Assembly (NCBI GenBank): GCA_028716565.1 | Contig: JAQUPL010000001.1 | Span: 537,476 to 601,475 of the forward strand | Direction of reading: 5' to 3' | Source of the DNA: Candidatus Omnitrophota bacterium | GTDB lineage: Bacteria > Omnitrophota > Gorgyraeia > Pluralincolimonadales > Pluralincolimonadaceae | DNA: 64,000 bases | Part shown: positions 30,528 through 40,983 of the stretch, piece by piece | Layout of the letters: every line of letters starts with the position of its first letter | How positions within the stretch are numbered: the stretch's first letter is position 1 | Made by a program: the position numbers and the translations under genes | Notes under the pieces: model-generated | Database searches by the model: none | What the model was told of the DNA's origin: nothing | The model's input: the letters and a program-made list of their open reading frames with translations, nothing else

Positions 30528-32462
30528 ATGCGTTACTTAATTTTAGCTTTGGTTTTAGCGGGGGTCGTTGGCGTAGCCCACGCCGAAGAAGGCTGGTTCC
30601 CTTTCTCTTATGGTAAGGATCTTGATTCCAATTCTCTTCTAAATATGGGCAAGCTCGTTCTCGACCCACCTGCAGGCAAACACGGTTTTGCAAAGGCTGC
30701 GGGAAATCATTTTGTCTTTGAAGATGGAACTCCAACGCGCTTTTTCGGTACAAATTTATATTTTGAAGCATGCTTTCCCACACATAAACAAGCAGAAATA
30801 ATAGCTGAACGCTTGGCTTTCTTCGGTTTTAATGCTGTCCGTCTACATCATATGGATTTCTATTTTGAACCTAAAGGCATTTTTGAAGATATTTGTCCAG
30901 CTTTTAAAAACCCTCAAATGAAAAAAACTGGTATCTTAAGTAAGAAGCAGCTTGAAAGACTTGATTATTTAATTTATCAATTGAAAATACGAGGCATCTA
31001 TGTTGATTTGAATTTGCTTGTCGGAAGACATTTTACTGAAGCTGATGGTGTAAAGGACGCGGATAAACTTGTTTTGGCAGCAAAACCTGCTTCCGTGTTT
31101 GACGAGAAGCTTATTGCGCTTCAAAAACAGTACACCAAAGATTTATTAACTCACTATAACCCTTATACAAAACTTCGCTATTATGAAGAACCGGCAATTG
31201 CACTTATCGAGATAACCAATGAAAATTCTCTATTAGATTCTTGGTATGACGACAAACTTAATGGCGATATGCCGGGCTTCAAAACAAATCCAATTCCTGT
31301 ATATTATTCCAAGGAGCTCAACAAATTATGGAATATTTGGCTTCAAGATAAATATAAAACTGTCGAAGCAGTAAAGACCAGTTGGCTGTCTATCTCTTGT
31401 TTCAACGATGTATCAAAATTTGATTTTCAAATACCTGTACATAAACTCAGAGCGTTGGTCTCCAAAAAATGTCTTGATGATTTTCGCTCTTTTCTTATTT
31501 CGCTTGAAAAACGTTACTTTTCAATCATGCTAAATTTACTAAAGAGCGAAATAAAGATAAAGGTACCAATAACAGGAATAGGCGGGTGTTCAAACGTTGA
31601 GGAATTAGAAGCACAAGAACAATGCGATTTTCTCGATAAGCATGCCTATTGGGATCATCCGCGTTTTCCACATAAAACATGGGACCAGAATGATTTCACC
31701 ATTAAAAATAACTCAATACTCCAAAACGCCTCGTTCGGGATGATGGAAAATATAGATAAATTCAACTTGCGTAAAAAGCCTTTCACCGTTACAGAGTGGA
31801 ATCACTGTTATCCCAACAAATATGCGTACGAAACACCACCCCTTATGGGTGCATATGCAGTAAAGAATGATTGGTCAGGAATTTTTCAATACGCACTTAC
31901 CCGAGGTTGGCAATTCGATCCTGTCTACGACGTGATTTCCAGCTATTTTGATACTTTTGCAAACGCACAACAACTCAGCCTTAGCGCGATAGGAAGTTTT
32001 ATTGTGCAACGTTGTCCGGATATTAACGTTGTAGTAAATAATGATTCTGCTACTTTTGAATCGGATTTTCTTTGCGGGGTTACCGGCTTTATCGGTGGTA
32101 AAGAATTCCACATTAGAAATCTCACCGTTAATTCAGATAAAAACGGGTCAATATTTATTTATTCTCCTGATCTAAAAGAGATTGGTTCTGCAAAAACACT
32201 AATTTGCTTGGTTGTTGGCGAGATTAAAAACGAGGATAGTCAGTGGGACTCACAAAAAATGTTTAATTGGGGAATTAAAAAGACTGTACTGAGCGCGATT
32301 AATGCGAAAATTGGGATTGGATCATTCCGTCCCGGAATAGTGTATGCACTTGACAATCAAGGAAAAAGATCGCGCATAATTCCATCGAGCTATATCTCTG
32401 ATAAGCTGGTTTTTACGACTAACAAAGCAGATACCCTCTGGTATGAAATCTCGTTAAAATAA
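30528..32462 (+). CDS. secreted clan GH-A (GH5-like) glycoside hydrolase (track ORF starts at 30510, but the ATG at 30528 gives signal peptide MRYLILALVLAGVVGVAHA)
   Basis: FFGFNAVRLHHMD and IALIEITNENS (NE acid/base motif) are typical of (beta/alpha)8 clan GH-A enzymes. AT-rich codon usage. Confidence 0.5.
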   Translation: MRYLILALVLAGVVGVAHAEEGWFPFSYGKDLDSNSLLNMGKLVLDPPAGKHGFAKAAGNHFVFEDGTPTRFFGTNLYFEACFPTHKQAEIIAERLAFFGFNAVRLHHMDFYFEPKGIFEDICPAFKNPQMKKTGILSKKQLERLDYLIYQLKIRGIYVDLNLLVGRHFTEADGVKDADKLVLAAKPASVFDEKLIALQKQYTKDLLTHYNPYTKLRYYEEPAIALIEITNENSLLDSWYDDKLNGDMPGFKTNPIPVYYSKELNKLWNIWLQDKYKTVEAVKTSWLSISCFNDVSKFDFQIPVHKLRALVSKKCLDDFRSFLISLEKRYFSIMLNLLKSEIKIKVPITGIGGCSNVEELEAQEQCDFLDKHAYWDHPRFPHKTWDQNDFTIKNNSILQNASFGMMENIDKFNLRKKPFTVTEWNHCYPNKYAYETPPLMGAYAVKNDWSGIFQYALTRGWQFDPVYDVISSYFDTFANAQQLSLSAIGSFIVQRCPDINVVVNNDSATFESDFLCGVTGFIGGKEFHIRNLTVNSDKNGSIFIYSPDLKEIGSAKTLICLVVGEIKNEDSQWDSQKMFNWGIKKTVLSAINAKIGIGSFRPGIVYALDNQGKRSRIIPSSYISDKLVFTTNKADTLWYEISLK

Positions 32463-32471
32463 GCAGTTGTT

Positions 32472-33650
32472 CTAATTACCGCTACTCTTCACTTTTGAAT
32501 TAAATTCATAAAACTTCTTACCTAAGAGACATTTGACAATGCGGTGTGCGGCATAACCATCACCGTAGGGATTTGCGCCTGTCGCCATCAATTCATAGTG
32601 CCGTTTGTTATTAAGTAGCTTTTGCGTTTCCTCTACTATCTTAGCCTTATTGGTACCCACTAATCTTGCAACACCAGCCTTAATCGCCTCAGGTCGCTCA
32701 GTCACCTCTCTCATTACAAGAACTGGTATATTTAGCGAAGGAGCCTCTTCCTGTATGCCGCCAGAGTCAGTCAGGATAATATGGGATCTTTTCATGAGTT
32801 GAACAAATACATCATAACTAAGCGGAGGAACTAAGTGTATTCGTTTGTTTTCACTTAAAGCGTTAAAAACGGGCTTATTAACATTTGGATTCAAATGAAC
32901 TGGATAAATAAATTCAACGTTAGGATTCAGTTTCGATAATTTTCGTATTGCATTGCAGATATTCTTAAGTGGGCTGCCAAAGCTTTCCCTGCGATGAGCA
33001 GTTATTAAGATTATTTTTCTGTCAAAATCCACGGATGCCAGTTGTTTAGCAAATTTCGGATTGTCCGAGGATGAACTACTTGTCTTTTTCCGCGCCATGA
33101 ATAAAAGCGCATCAATTCCGGTATTTCCCGTAATATAGATTGAATTTTTATCAATATTCTCAAGGAGTAAATTCTTTTTCGCCTGCAAAGTAGGAGCGAA
33201 ATTATAATCGGCAATCACAGAAATCAAACGCCGGTTTGCTTCTTCGGGAAAAGGGCTATATTTATCATAGGTACGCAAACCGGCCTCAATATGCGCCACA
33301 GGGATTTTTTTGTAATACGCTGAAAGAGCACCGATAAAAGCTGATGTCGTATCTCCCTGCACCACAATAAGATCCGGATTAATTTTTGTTAATATTTTCT
33401 CAAATCCTTTTAGCGCCTTTCGGGATATTGAAAATAGTGTCTGGTTATTGCTCATGATATTCAAATTATAATCCAGATTGATATCGAATGCCTGCAGAAC
33501 CTGCTTAAGCATTTCGATATGCTGAGAAACAGAAACGTTGACTAAGTTAACCCCCCGGTATTTTTTAAATTCCCGTATTACGGGCGCCATCTTGATGGCC
33601 TCCGGCCGTGTTCCAAAAACAATAATAATATTATATTTTGTTTTAATCAT
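32472..33650 (-). CDS. wecB: UDP-N-acetylglucosamine 2-epimerase (non-hydrolysing)
   Basis: IIVFGTRPEAIKMAPV...HIEAGLRTYDKYSPFPEE motifs. 392 aa. Confidence 0.85.
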   Translation of the reverse strand: MIKTKYNIIIVFGTRPEAIKMAPVIREFKKYRGVNLVNVSVSQHIEMLKQVLQAFDINLDYNLNIMSNNQTLFSISRKALKGFEKILTKINPDLIVVQGDTTSAFIGALSAYYKKIPVAHIEAGLRTYDKYSPFPEEANRRLISVIADYNFAPTLQAKKNLLLENIDKNSIYITGNTGIDALLFMARKKTSSSSSDNPKFAKQLASVDFDRKIILITAHRRESFGSPLKNICNAIRKLSKLNPNVEFIYPVHLNPNVNKPVFNALSENKRIHLVPPLSYDVFVQLMKRSHIILTDSGGIQEEAPSLNIPVLVMREVTERPEAIKAGVARLVGTNKAKIVEETQKLLNNKRHYELMATGANPYGDGYAAHRIVKCLLGKKFYEFNSKVKSSGN

Positions 33651-34405
33651 TGCTTTTTCACTCCTCGTAACATTTCTTTAAAGATAAGCCTGAAAAAATA
33701 AATATCCTCAACCAGATATCGCTTCCATAGTCGCTTTGGTTCGTTTATGAGTCGCCAAAACCACTCGAGCCCTAATTTCTGCATAAAAACAGGCGCCCGC
33801 TTAATTCGCTCGGATAAAACCTCAAAAAGACCACCGATGCAAATGATGTACTTTGCGTTGATCTTGCTGCGATGGCTCGATATCCATTGTTCCTGCCGGG
33901 GAGAACCCATACCGATAAACAGGAAGCTTGCATCCGAACTGTTAATTTTATCGATGACCATCTGAGAATCGGTAAAACTGAAAAAACCGTTATGCATACC
34001 GGAAACAGAGAGCCTCGGATACTTATTGCTCAGTTTCTCCGACACAAGTTTTAAATTTTCGTCGGTTGAACCAAGCAGGAAGACCTTTTCGGAAGTCTCT
34101 GCGGAAAGAGTCAACAATATATGCGTTGCATCAAAACCAGTAACCCTGGACTTTAATGTCTTCCTTAAAATTAAACTGCCTAGCAGGACTATCGAACTAT
34201 CGCAAAGCGACAGATCGGCCTTGTTCAGGATATTTTTGAATTCTTCATTTTGGGCTGCCCGTATCACAAAATCCACATTAGGCGTAACAATGAAAACCTG
34301 TCCTTCCCCGCTTCCCGCGACATCTCGAAGGAAAGCCTCGAGCTCAGGCAAGCTTATATTATCAAAATTTACGCCACAAATTTTCAGTCTGGGGACTGTA
34401 CGCAT
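33647..34405 (-). CDS. WecG/TagA/CpsF-family glycosyltransferase (UDP-ManNAc(A) transferase type)
   Basis: FIVTPNVDFVI...FLLGS...FLFIGMGSPRQEQWI signature. 252 aa. Confidence 0.8.
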   Translation of the reverse strand: MRTVPRLKICGVNFDNISLPELEAFLRDVAGSGEGQVFIVTPNVDFVIRAAQNEEFKNILNKADLSLCDSSIVLLGSLILRKTLKSRVTGFDATHILLTLSAETSEKVFLLGSTDENLKLVSEKLSNKYPRLSVSGMHNGFFSFTDSQMVIDKINSSDASFLFIGMGSPRQEQWISSHRSKINAKYIICIGGLFEVLSERIKRAPVFMQKLGLEWFWRLINEPKRLWKRYLVEDIYFFRLIFKEMLRGVKKQ

Positions 34406-35465
34406 ATAGTATCCATCCTAAATGATACGAATATTCCCAATTCATCCGGCAAAGATATTTTGGCTGGTCAAAATAGCCGGACAAACAATCGATTTTCATA
34501 AACTTAAAGACCAGCGTCCTAACATTAATCAGTTTGGCAAGAAAACGTTTGCGCTGAATCCCTCTGCGAACGTAATTCTTTTCTTCATTAGCCAGTTTTA
34601 CATTCAACTCGTTTTCTGAGAAAAGCCATTGTAAACCCAAGGAAATCGATGACGAATAATCCTTCTGCGACACTTTGTTTAATTCCATAAGCGCAAACGG
34701 AGCCATCGAATCCTGATGAACGGAATACACAGGATATTTCTGTATTACGGTGCCGCGAGGAACATTATAATGCCACCACCATTGCCCCTGCTTACCCTGC
34801 AACGAACAGATTTTGTCGGCGCATTGTTCGGAGATCTGTAGACTCTCGCCGTCACGTTTCAACCCATAATAAAGCGCAAAAGCATAGATCGAATAAATCT
34901 GATCAGCGAAATTTGCAATGTCATACCGTATGTCGAAGCTAGAAAAGAAGCTGTTACGCGGCCTATGATAAAATAGGCATGTATCGCAATTGAAGCGTTT
35001 TTTTAAATGTTGCGATACGGCATCCATAGTCTTACCGGTCTTTTCGGACCTTTTTTGATGCGCATAGAACACAAGAGAAGTCAATAACCATGCAACTTCC
35101 ATCGTCTCGGCGTTGATAATTACATTCGAGGGTAAAGCACAAATTTTCCCGAATATGATGTCGGAACGCGGGTCATTCTCTTTTGCCAAAAGCCATAAAA
35201 GTAAAGCCGATTCACGTAATCCGCTTTTCATGGCAACCTGCTCATAAACTCTGTTTTTTGATTCGGAAAAATCAATATGCACAGATTCCTTATAGTTTGA
35301 TATACCGAGAAGTGAAATTAGACTGTGTGTCAATAAAAGGTTTGCTTTTTCAGGAGAACGTCCCAGGTCAGTCACAATAAAGCTAAATAGAGAGGTCTGG
35401 GGATCGTAATAAGCCTCGAGCCCATTAGCTGCGATACTCAATAAACAAGCTATGTAATCATTCAT
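34362..35465 (-). CDS. hypothetical protein, possibly an (alpha/alpha)-barrel polysaccharide-modifying enzyme
   Basis: 367 aa, no confident family. Embedded in a glycosyltransferase cluster. AT-rich. Confidence 0.3.
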   Translation of the reverse strand: MNDYIACLLSIAANGLEAYYDPQTSLFSFIVTDLGRSPEKANLLLTHSLISLLGISNYKESVHIDFSESKNRVYEQVAMKSGLRESALLLWLLAKENDPRSDIIFGKICALPSNVIINAETMEVAWLLTSLVFYAHQKRSEKTGKTMDAVSQHLKKRFNCDTCLFYHRPRNSFFSSFDIRYDIANFADQIYSIYAFALYYGLKRDGESLQISEQCADKICSLQGKQGQWWWHYNVPRGTVIQKYPVYSVHQDSMAPFALMELNKVSQKDYSSSISLGLQWLFSENELNVKLANEEKNYVRRGIQRKRFLAKLINVRTLVFKFMKIDCLSGYFDQPKYLCRMNWEYSYHLGWILYAYSPQTENLWRKF

Positions 35466-35481
35466 ACGCCGATTCCCTGTT

Positions 35482-36423
35482 TCATAACTTAAACATTTCC
35501 AAATACACTTTTATTCTCTCAAATACATCTTTATTAAATAAAATGCATGGGACAAGAACTAGTACTCTGAATAATATGGAAATCTTAAGTACTACCAATG
35601 CTAACATATAATAATGCCTGGGATAATTCTTTTTGAAAAAATACTTTAGACTATTAGTATAATAAATCAAATATTTGTAATTTGTTTTTTCTGTGCTTTT
35701 CCCTTCGTAATGCATAACCGAGTAATGGGGATATACGTAATTTTTATATCCTGCCTGTTTTGCTCTGAAGCAAAAATCCGTTTCCTCAAAATAAACAAAA
35801 TAATTTTCATCGAAATTTCCTATTTTATTAATAATGGCCTTTTGAAAAAGGAAGAACGCTCCTACTATGCTATCAACCTCCTCTGTTGAATTTATGTGCC
35901 TTTTATGCCCACTCTGTTTAGGGACAAGATAATATAATGGACGAATTAAATTGTTAACCAACGATATTTTTAGCACTGCGGCAATCCCTGTGTAAAAAGT
36001 AAATATTCTTAAAATTGTTGGAAAATTTTGAAATGAAATAGCTCTCTGCCCGTTTTCATATACTAATTGACACCCGACTATCCCGCAATCATTTCGTTCC
36101 TCCATAAACATCAGTATTTCTTTGAAATCATTTTTCAAAACAGTATCGGGGTTAAGCAGCAACATAAACCTTCCATTACTTACATTTATGCCTTGGTTAC
36201 ATGCTTTAGCAAACCCAACGTTTGAATTATTTCTTAGCAAAATAACATCTTTATGCTTTGTACTTAGCATATCAACGGTATCATCTGCTGAAGCATTATC
36301 AATTACAATAATTTCCCTAGAGCTACAATTTATAGATCTTTTAATGCTGCTTAAACATTGATCGAGAATGCTTGAAACATTCCAGCTGACAATTATTATG
36401 GAAACATCTATTTTGTTTTCCAT
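35482..36423 (-). CDS. glycosyltransferase family 2
   Basis: VSIIIVSWNVSSILDQCL...VIDNASADDT with DxD-type GT-A fold. C-terminal TM helix. Confidence 0.7.
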   Translation of the reverse strand: MENKIDVSIIIVSWNVSSILDQCLSSIKRSINCSSREIIVIDNASADDTVDMLSTKHKDVILLRNNSNVGFAKACNQGINVSNGRFMLLLNPDTVLKNDFKEILMFMEERNDCGIVGCQLVYENGQRAISFQNFPTILRIFTFYTGIAAVLKISLVNNLIRPLYYLVPKQSGHKRHINSTEEVDSIVGAFFLFQKAIINKIGNFDENYFVYFEETDFCFRAKQAGYKNYVYPHYSVMHYEGKSTEKTNYKYLIYYTNSLKYFFKKNYPRHYYMLALVVLKISILFRVLVLVPCILFNKDVFERIKVYLEMFKL

Positions 36424-37280
36424 CTTAATCTTTCTAGGATATACCTCTTGTGTTTATTTCTCAGAAAACATGTCATCTCCTCATCGAAATATTTCTGCTC
36501 TTTCTTTATCCAAGAATATAAATAGCCAAATATTATGCCTGCTGACCCTAGCAAATAAGGCCTCTCGAATACTTTATTTAAAGCTTTTAAACAAGTATAT
36601 AGAAAAGTATATCCAAATCTATATTGCATCCTACCTAAAAAAAATTTCCCCTTAGTTATTCCTCTCCTCTGTGTTCCTGTTTGCCTATAATGAATAATAA
36701 TAAGTTCTTTAAAACACCTAGTATCCCATTCTTTCATTTGGGCTGACAAAATATCAGCTAAATCCCATCCATATATAGGCCTAAGTCCCCCTATACTTTC
36801 AAAGCATTCTCTTTTATATACTTTACAGGGACCTACAGGATGGTCATCCTGAACTTTCTCTTGAATAAGCTTTCTTTTATTAAGTAAAAAAGTACACCCG
36901 CTTGCTATTCCCAGCTTACTATTTTTTCTAAATTCATTCAATATTTTCTCAAAATAATCAGCATCGAAAGAAATATCGCAATCCATTTTTACTATGAATT
37001 CCCAATCTTGAGAAAATAGGCTTTCAACCCCTCTATTAAATGAATTGACTACTCCAGGTCCAGCTAAATAGTAGCCCCTATCAGGAAGATTGATCAATTT
37101 AATCCATCTCACTCTTTTTGAATAATCATCAACAATCGCTGCTGTTTTATCTTTTGAGCCATCATTAACAATAACCCACTCAACCGGCTTTATTGTTTGA
37201 GAAATAACAGAACATATCGTCCTTTCAATATATTGCTCTTCGTTTCGAACAGCTGATATTATTACGTAAGAATTTTTCAT
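36408..37280 (-). CDS. glycosyltransferase family 2
   Basis: VIISAVRNEEQYIERTI...WVIVNDGSKDKT GT-A signature. Confidence 0.7.
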   Translation of the reverse strand: MKNSYVIISAVRNEEQYIERTICSVISQTIKPVEWVIVNDGSKDKTAAIVDDYSKRVRWIKLINLPDRGYYLAGPGVVNSFNRGVESLFSQDWEFIVKMDCDISFDADYFEKILNEFRKNSKLGIASGCTFLLNKRKLIQEKVQDDHPVGPCKVYKRECFESIGGLRPIYGWDLADILSAQMKEWDTRCFKELIIIHYRQTGTQRRGITKGKFFLGRMQYRFGYTFLYTCLKALNKVFERPYLLGSAGIIFGYLYSWIKKEQKYFDEEMTCFLRNKHKRYILERLRWKTK

Positions 37281-37284
37281 ACCA

Positions 37285-38295
37285 TTAGTCTAATAATCCG
37301 GTAATTAGCTCCATCCAACTTTCTTTAAAATGATTAAGATCAAACTGTGCGGCATACTTATAGCCTGCTTCACCTAACGACTCTTTGTCATTTATTGCCA
37401 TATCAACGCTTTTTTCTAACGTTTTTGGATTAGTGCAAATAATTTGTTTGCCATTTTCTAAAAGTTCACGCATACCGCCTTTGCCAGAACCTACAACTGG
37501 TGTCTTTAAAAGCATAGCTTCATGAGCCGTACGACACCAACCCTCGTTAAACAATGAATAAATTACTGCGCATTCCGATACTTTCAATAAAACCAAATAT
37601 TCACGGTATGGCATATTTAACACCAAAAATGGCTCTTTGCCGAATTTCTCTCCTGAGGCAATTAGTTGATGTTCTGGAAACGCTGTTTTCAATTGACTAT
37701 ACGCGATATAAACACCTTTTATTCTAGAGTTATTCCCAATATAAATTATTCTTTTATTTTCTAAATTGTATTTTCTCCTAAATTGCACGCATTCTTCTTC
37801 AGAAACACTGGATATATCCTTTACGTCAAAACCATTTTTTATAACGCAAATATTGGTTAATCCTCTTTTCTCCAGATATTCTTTCCAAAATTCAGCTACT
37901 ACTACAACTTTGGATATATATTTTTTTGCCGAAATAAGAAATAGCCTAAAAAACACCTCTGTGAATATTGGTTGAGATTGACCTATCGAATCGTGGTGGT
38001 GAAAAACAGCAATATGCTTGGTTTCCTTTCTCCGCGCTAAAAGTAAACTGACCGTAGGAATAATGCTGCGGATATCAAGCAAGCTTTCTTGCCTATTGTA
38101 TTCAACCATTCTAATTAGCTGTTGGAATCGGATGCCTTTACTGAAAGGCAAAATATTAGAAACGGGGACACCTATGACCTTAAGGGAATTGGAATTAAGC
38201 TGATCAACCAAAAGCTTTTCATAGGTAAACCCGCCCCTTCTTTGATTTTGAAATATTCGAAAAACTCGTATTGTCTTCTCATCGAAAATCATCAT
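37285..38295 (-). CDS. glycosyltransferase family 4 (GT-B)
   Basis: C-terminal EGWCRTAHEAMLLKTPVVGSGKGGMRELL (E-x7-E-like GT4 motif). Confidence 0.65.
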   Translation of the reverse strand: MMIFDEKTIRVFRIFQNQRRGGFTYEKLLVDQLNSNSLKVIGVPVSNILPFSKGIRFQQLIRMVEYNRQESLLDIRSIIPTVSLLLARRKETKHIAVFHHHDSIGQSQPIFTEVFFRLFLISAKKYISKVVVVAEFWKEYLEKRGLTNICVIKNGFDVKDISSVSEEECVQFRRKYNLENKRIIYIGNNSRIKGVYIAYSQLKTAFPEHQLIASGEKFGKEPFLVLNMPYREYLVLLKVSECAVIYSLFNEGWCRTAHEAMLLKTPVVGSGKGGMRELLENGKQIICTNPKTLEKSVDMAINDKESLGEAGYKYAAQFDLNHFKESWMELITGLLD

Positions 38296-38299
38296 AATT

Positions 38300-39484
38300 T
38301 TAGTTGTTTATTCCATAGATTTTAAACGATTTACTGGAAATAACTTCGGGAGAAAATTTGCCTTTGATGGTTTGTTTGGCATTTATTCCAAGCAAAGCTA
38401 GCTTTTCCCGGTCCTCGTATAAGATTTTTATATTTTTAGCCAACTCATCGATGTCTTTTGGCTTAAACATTACACCGTTCTCTCCTGAGCAGATAATCTC
38501 TCGTATCCCCCCGCATTCAGAAGCTATAACCGCCTTACCTAATGACATCGCTTCCAGAACCACTCTGCCCAATGGTTCATCCTCTATTGGACTATGAACA
38601 ACGAGATCAGCAGCATTTAATAAACTACCGATATCCTTTATGAATCCCAAAAACTTGATGCGGTTTTCCATATTTAACTTCCTAACTAAATTCTTCAATT
38701 CGTTATAATATTTTTCGCTGCCGATAGAAGCATCGCCTGCAATGCAAACGAAGATTTTTTCATTATTAAGTTTGGCTATGGCATTGATTAAAACATCATA
38801 ACCTTTCCATTCCGTAATTCTTCCGAAAGAAACCACAAGAAAATCTTCCGGTCTAATACCTAACTCGTTCCGAACTATTTGAGGAGTAACTTTCGGCAAA
38901 TACATATTGGGATCGACAACGTTATAAAGCACCTCTATCTTGTTATATATTCCGCTTCCCTTAAATATATCTCTTACAGAGTAAGAGATGACTATTATTT
39001 TGTCAGTAAAGCGACTAAGTACAAACAAAAGCAAGGGAAATAGCTTACGTTTAGCTATACGCAATTCTCTTATATGACATATTATTTTTGCCCTGGTAAA
39101 TATTTTTATAAACATCGGTAAATATAAATTAAGCTCAAAATTGTTGAGGTGGATAACATCCGGTTTGTACTTGTATACATTTTGCAGAACAGAACAAACC
39201 ATTCTCGTAATATTCAATATGTTTACAATTAATTTTATGGGATTAATTATTTCAAAACGAGCAAATATTAAAAATGGAGATGTTAACTTACGATAATAAT
39301 ATTGGCGATAACTTATTTTAAATTCCTTTAATAGGTGGGAGACTGGCCCCTCCCCGGGAATTAATATTAACGATTGTTCTTTTATTCTGGGGGGAAGATT
39401 AATAATAGTTGTAAGAATACTTCTTTCCGCTCCCCCCACATTAGGAGTAATTACTATATAAAGAATCTTTGGTTCGTTTTTCAT
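38300..39484 (-). CDS. glycosyltransferase family 4 (GT-B)
   Basis: EPLGRVVLEAMSLGKAVIASECGGIREII GT4 motif. 394 aa. Confidence 0.7.
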   Translation of the reverse strand: MKNEPKILYIVITPNVGGAERSILTTIINLPPRIKEQSLILIPGEGPVSHLLKEFKISYRQYYYRKLTSPFLIFARFEIINPIKLIVNILNITRMVCSVLQNVYKYKPDVIHLNNFELNLYLPMFIKIFTRAKIICHIRELRIAKRKLFPLLLFVLSRFTDKIIVISYSVRDIFKGSGIYNKIEVLYNVVDPNMYLPKVTPQIVRNELGIRPEDFLVVSFGRITEWKGYDVLINAIAKLNNEKIFVCIAGDASIGSEKYYNELKNLVRKLNMENRIKFLGFIKDIGSLLNAADLVVHSPIEDEPLGRVVLEAMSLGKAVIASECGGIREIICSGENGVMFKPKDIDELAKNIKILYEDREKLALLGINAKQTIKGKFSPEVISSKSFKIYGINN

Positions 39485-40944
39485 TTATGCCATTGGTTAG
39501 ATGAAACATTTGATTTTTGGTAGCGGTAAATCGCATTATTGACAATCCCCATGAATATGCCTAAAACGGCAAAGCCGCCAAATGACATGAAGCTTCCAGA
39601 TGTTAAGAACTCCACTATGTATATCAATAAAACAGCAAAAATCGACATAATGACCGCGTATTCATAAGTATCTTTAGGCATACTGCGGATTAAAAACAAC
39701 AGATCTTTGAAGATGAAAATAAAAATAACTAAAAAACCAATCAGCCCAATCAGTCCAAAGTCAATCATGAGTGAAATTAATCCGCTGTCAGCCGTCCTAA
39801 ATTGCCCGTTGAAACCCCTCATGTAGCTTAGTTCTTGTGATTCATCATGCAAGAATCCGATTCCCAAAAGGGGGTTATCTTTTATAAGTTGTATTCGGTA
39901 ATAAGAATCATCAAGCCTGAACCGAAAAGTACCTGTATTGGTAAGTACTTCATCGAACGACGACAGTGTCCTATCTTTTATAAAACCAGGTAAGCCTTTT
40001 TCTCCAGGAGATATTATTCCAAAAAGCAGGATAACTAAAATAAAAAACCCTAAACTTAACAATAAATATCTAGCTATTCTAAGTCTGATTTTCTTGTTTC
40101 TAGCCATAAAAATCGTAACAAATAAAGCTAATAAGAATCCTATAATTCTGCTTCTTCCTAAAGAGAGTAATGGATGCAGTGCGGTAAATATCATTGCTAA
40201 TATGAGAAGTATTTTTGCTTTTTGTTTATTAAAAAGGGTGAATATATAATGAAAAAATATGAAGAAAAATGTAAAGTTGATTAGTTCTGTTCCGGATATA
40301 TAAATACGATATGCGCTTATGCCTAGCATGTTCTGAAAAACACTGCGAGAAAATGGGATCAGATAGATACGGCCTTTGGATAAAAACTGAATTATAAAGG
40401 CTATGGATACAAATGTACTAAATATTGCAGCAATATTAACAAAAACACGCATGTTTTTGTTTTTGAATAGAAAAATGCAAGCCGGGTAAAACAACATAAT
40501 GTATAAGTACCTTCTTCCCATTCGCAGGCTGGATAACAATGTAGTTTCAGGAAAACGCATTTGAGTAATAAATATCTGCAGCAAAGTAGCCAACACAATA
40601 ATGGCCATAATAATAGTGTATCGTTTTAATATTTTTGGTTTATCTTCTTCTTTTATGGTTAATATAGTGACAAAACAAATGAACATGGCGCCTAAAAAGA
40701 ATAAATCACTGATTCTAAAAACATAAGCAAAACGAAACCAGTCCTCATTTATAAAAGAAAGACAACTGTGGGTTACTAATAAAGCAACCGCCAAAAATGC
40801 AGCAGGTAAAGATATGCCTGTTAAAATAAGGCCCATACCTACAAGAACAATAATTGGAAGCTTGAAATCGATTCCTGCCAACCAACCCATAAATACTCCA
40901 AGAAATATAATTGATAAATATTTTATAATATGTTTTATTGACAT
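39481..40944 (-). CDS. Wzy-type polysaccharide polymerase / O-antigen ligase-like membrane protein
   Basis: 487 aa, >10 TM helices with one large loop, located between GTs and the flippase. AT-rich. Confidence 0.55.
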   Translation of the reverse strand: MSIKHIIKYLSIIFLGVFMGWLAGIDFKLPIIVLVGMGLILTGISLPAAFLAVALLVTHSCLSFINEDWFRFAYVFRISDLFFLGAMFICFVTILTIKEEDKPKILKRYTIIMAIIVLATLLQIFITQMRFPETTLLSSLRMGRRYLYIMLFYPACIFLFKNKNMRVFVNIAAIFSTFVSIAFIIQFLSKGRIYLIPFSRSVFQNMLGISAYRIYISGTELINFTFFFIFFHYIFTLFNKQKAKILLILAMIFTALHPLLSLGRSRIIGFLLALFVTIFMARNKKIRLRIARYLLLSLGFFILVILLFGIISPGEKGLPGFIKDRTLSSFDEVLTNTGTFRFRLDDSYYRIQLIKDNPLLGIGFLHDESQELSYMRGFNGQFRTADSGLISLMIDFGLIGLIGFLVIFIFIFKDLLFLIRSMPKDTYEYAVIMSIFAVLLIYIVEFLTSGSFMSFGGFAVLGIFMGIVNNAIYRYQKSNVSSNQWHK

Positions 40945-40983
40945 CCCTTTTCCTTTATTCTTGTACCGCGTATATAAATAGAT

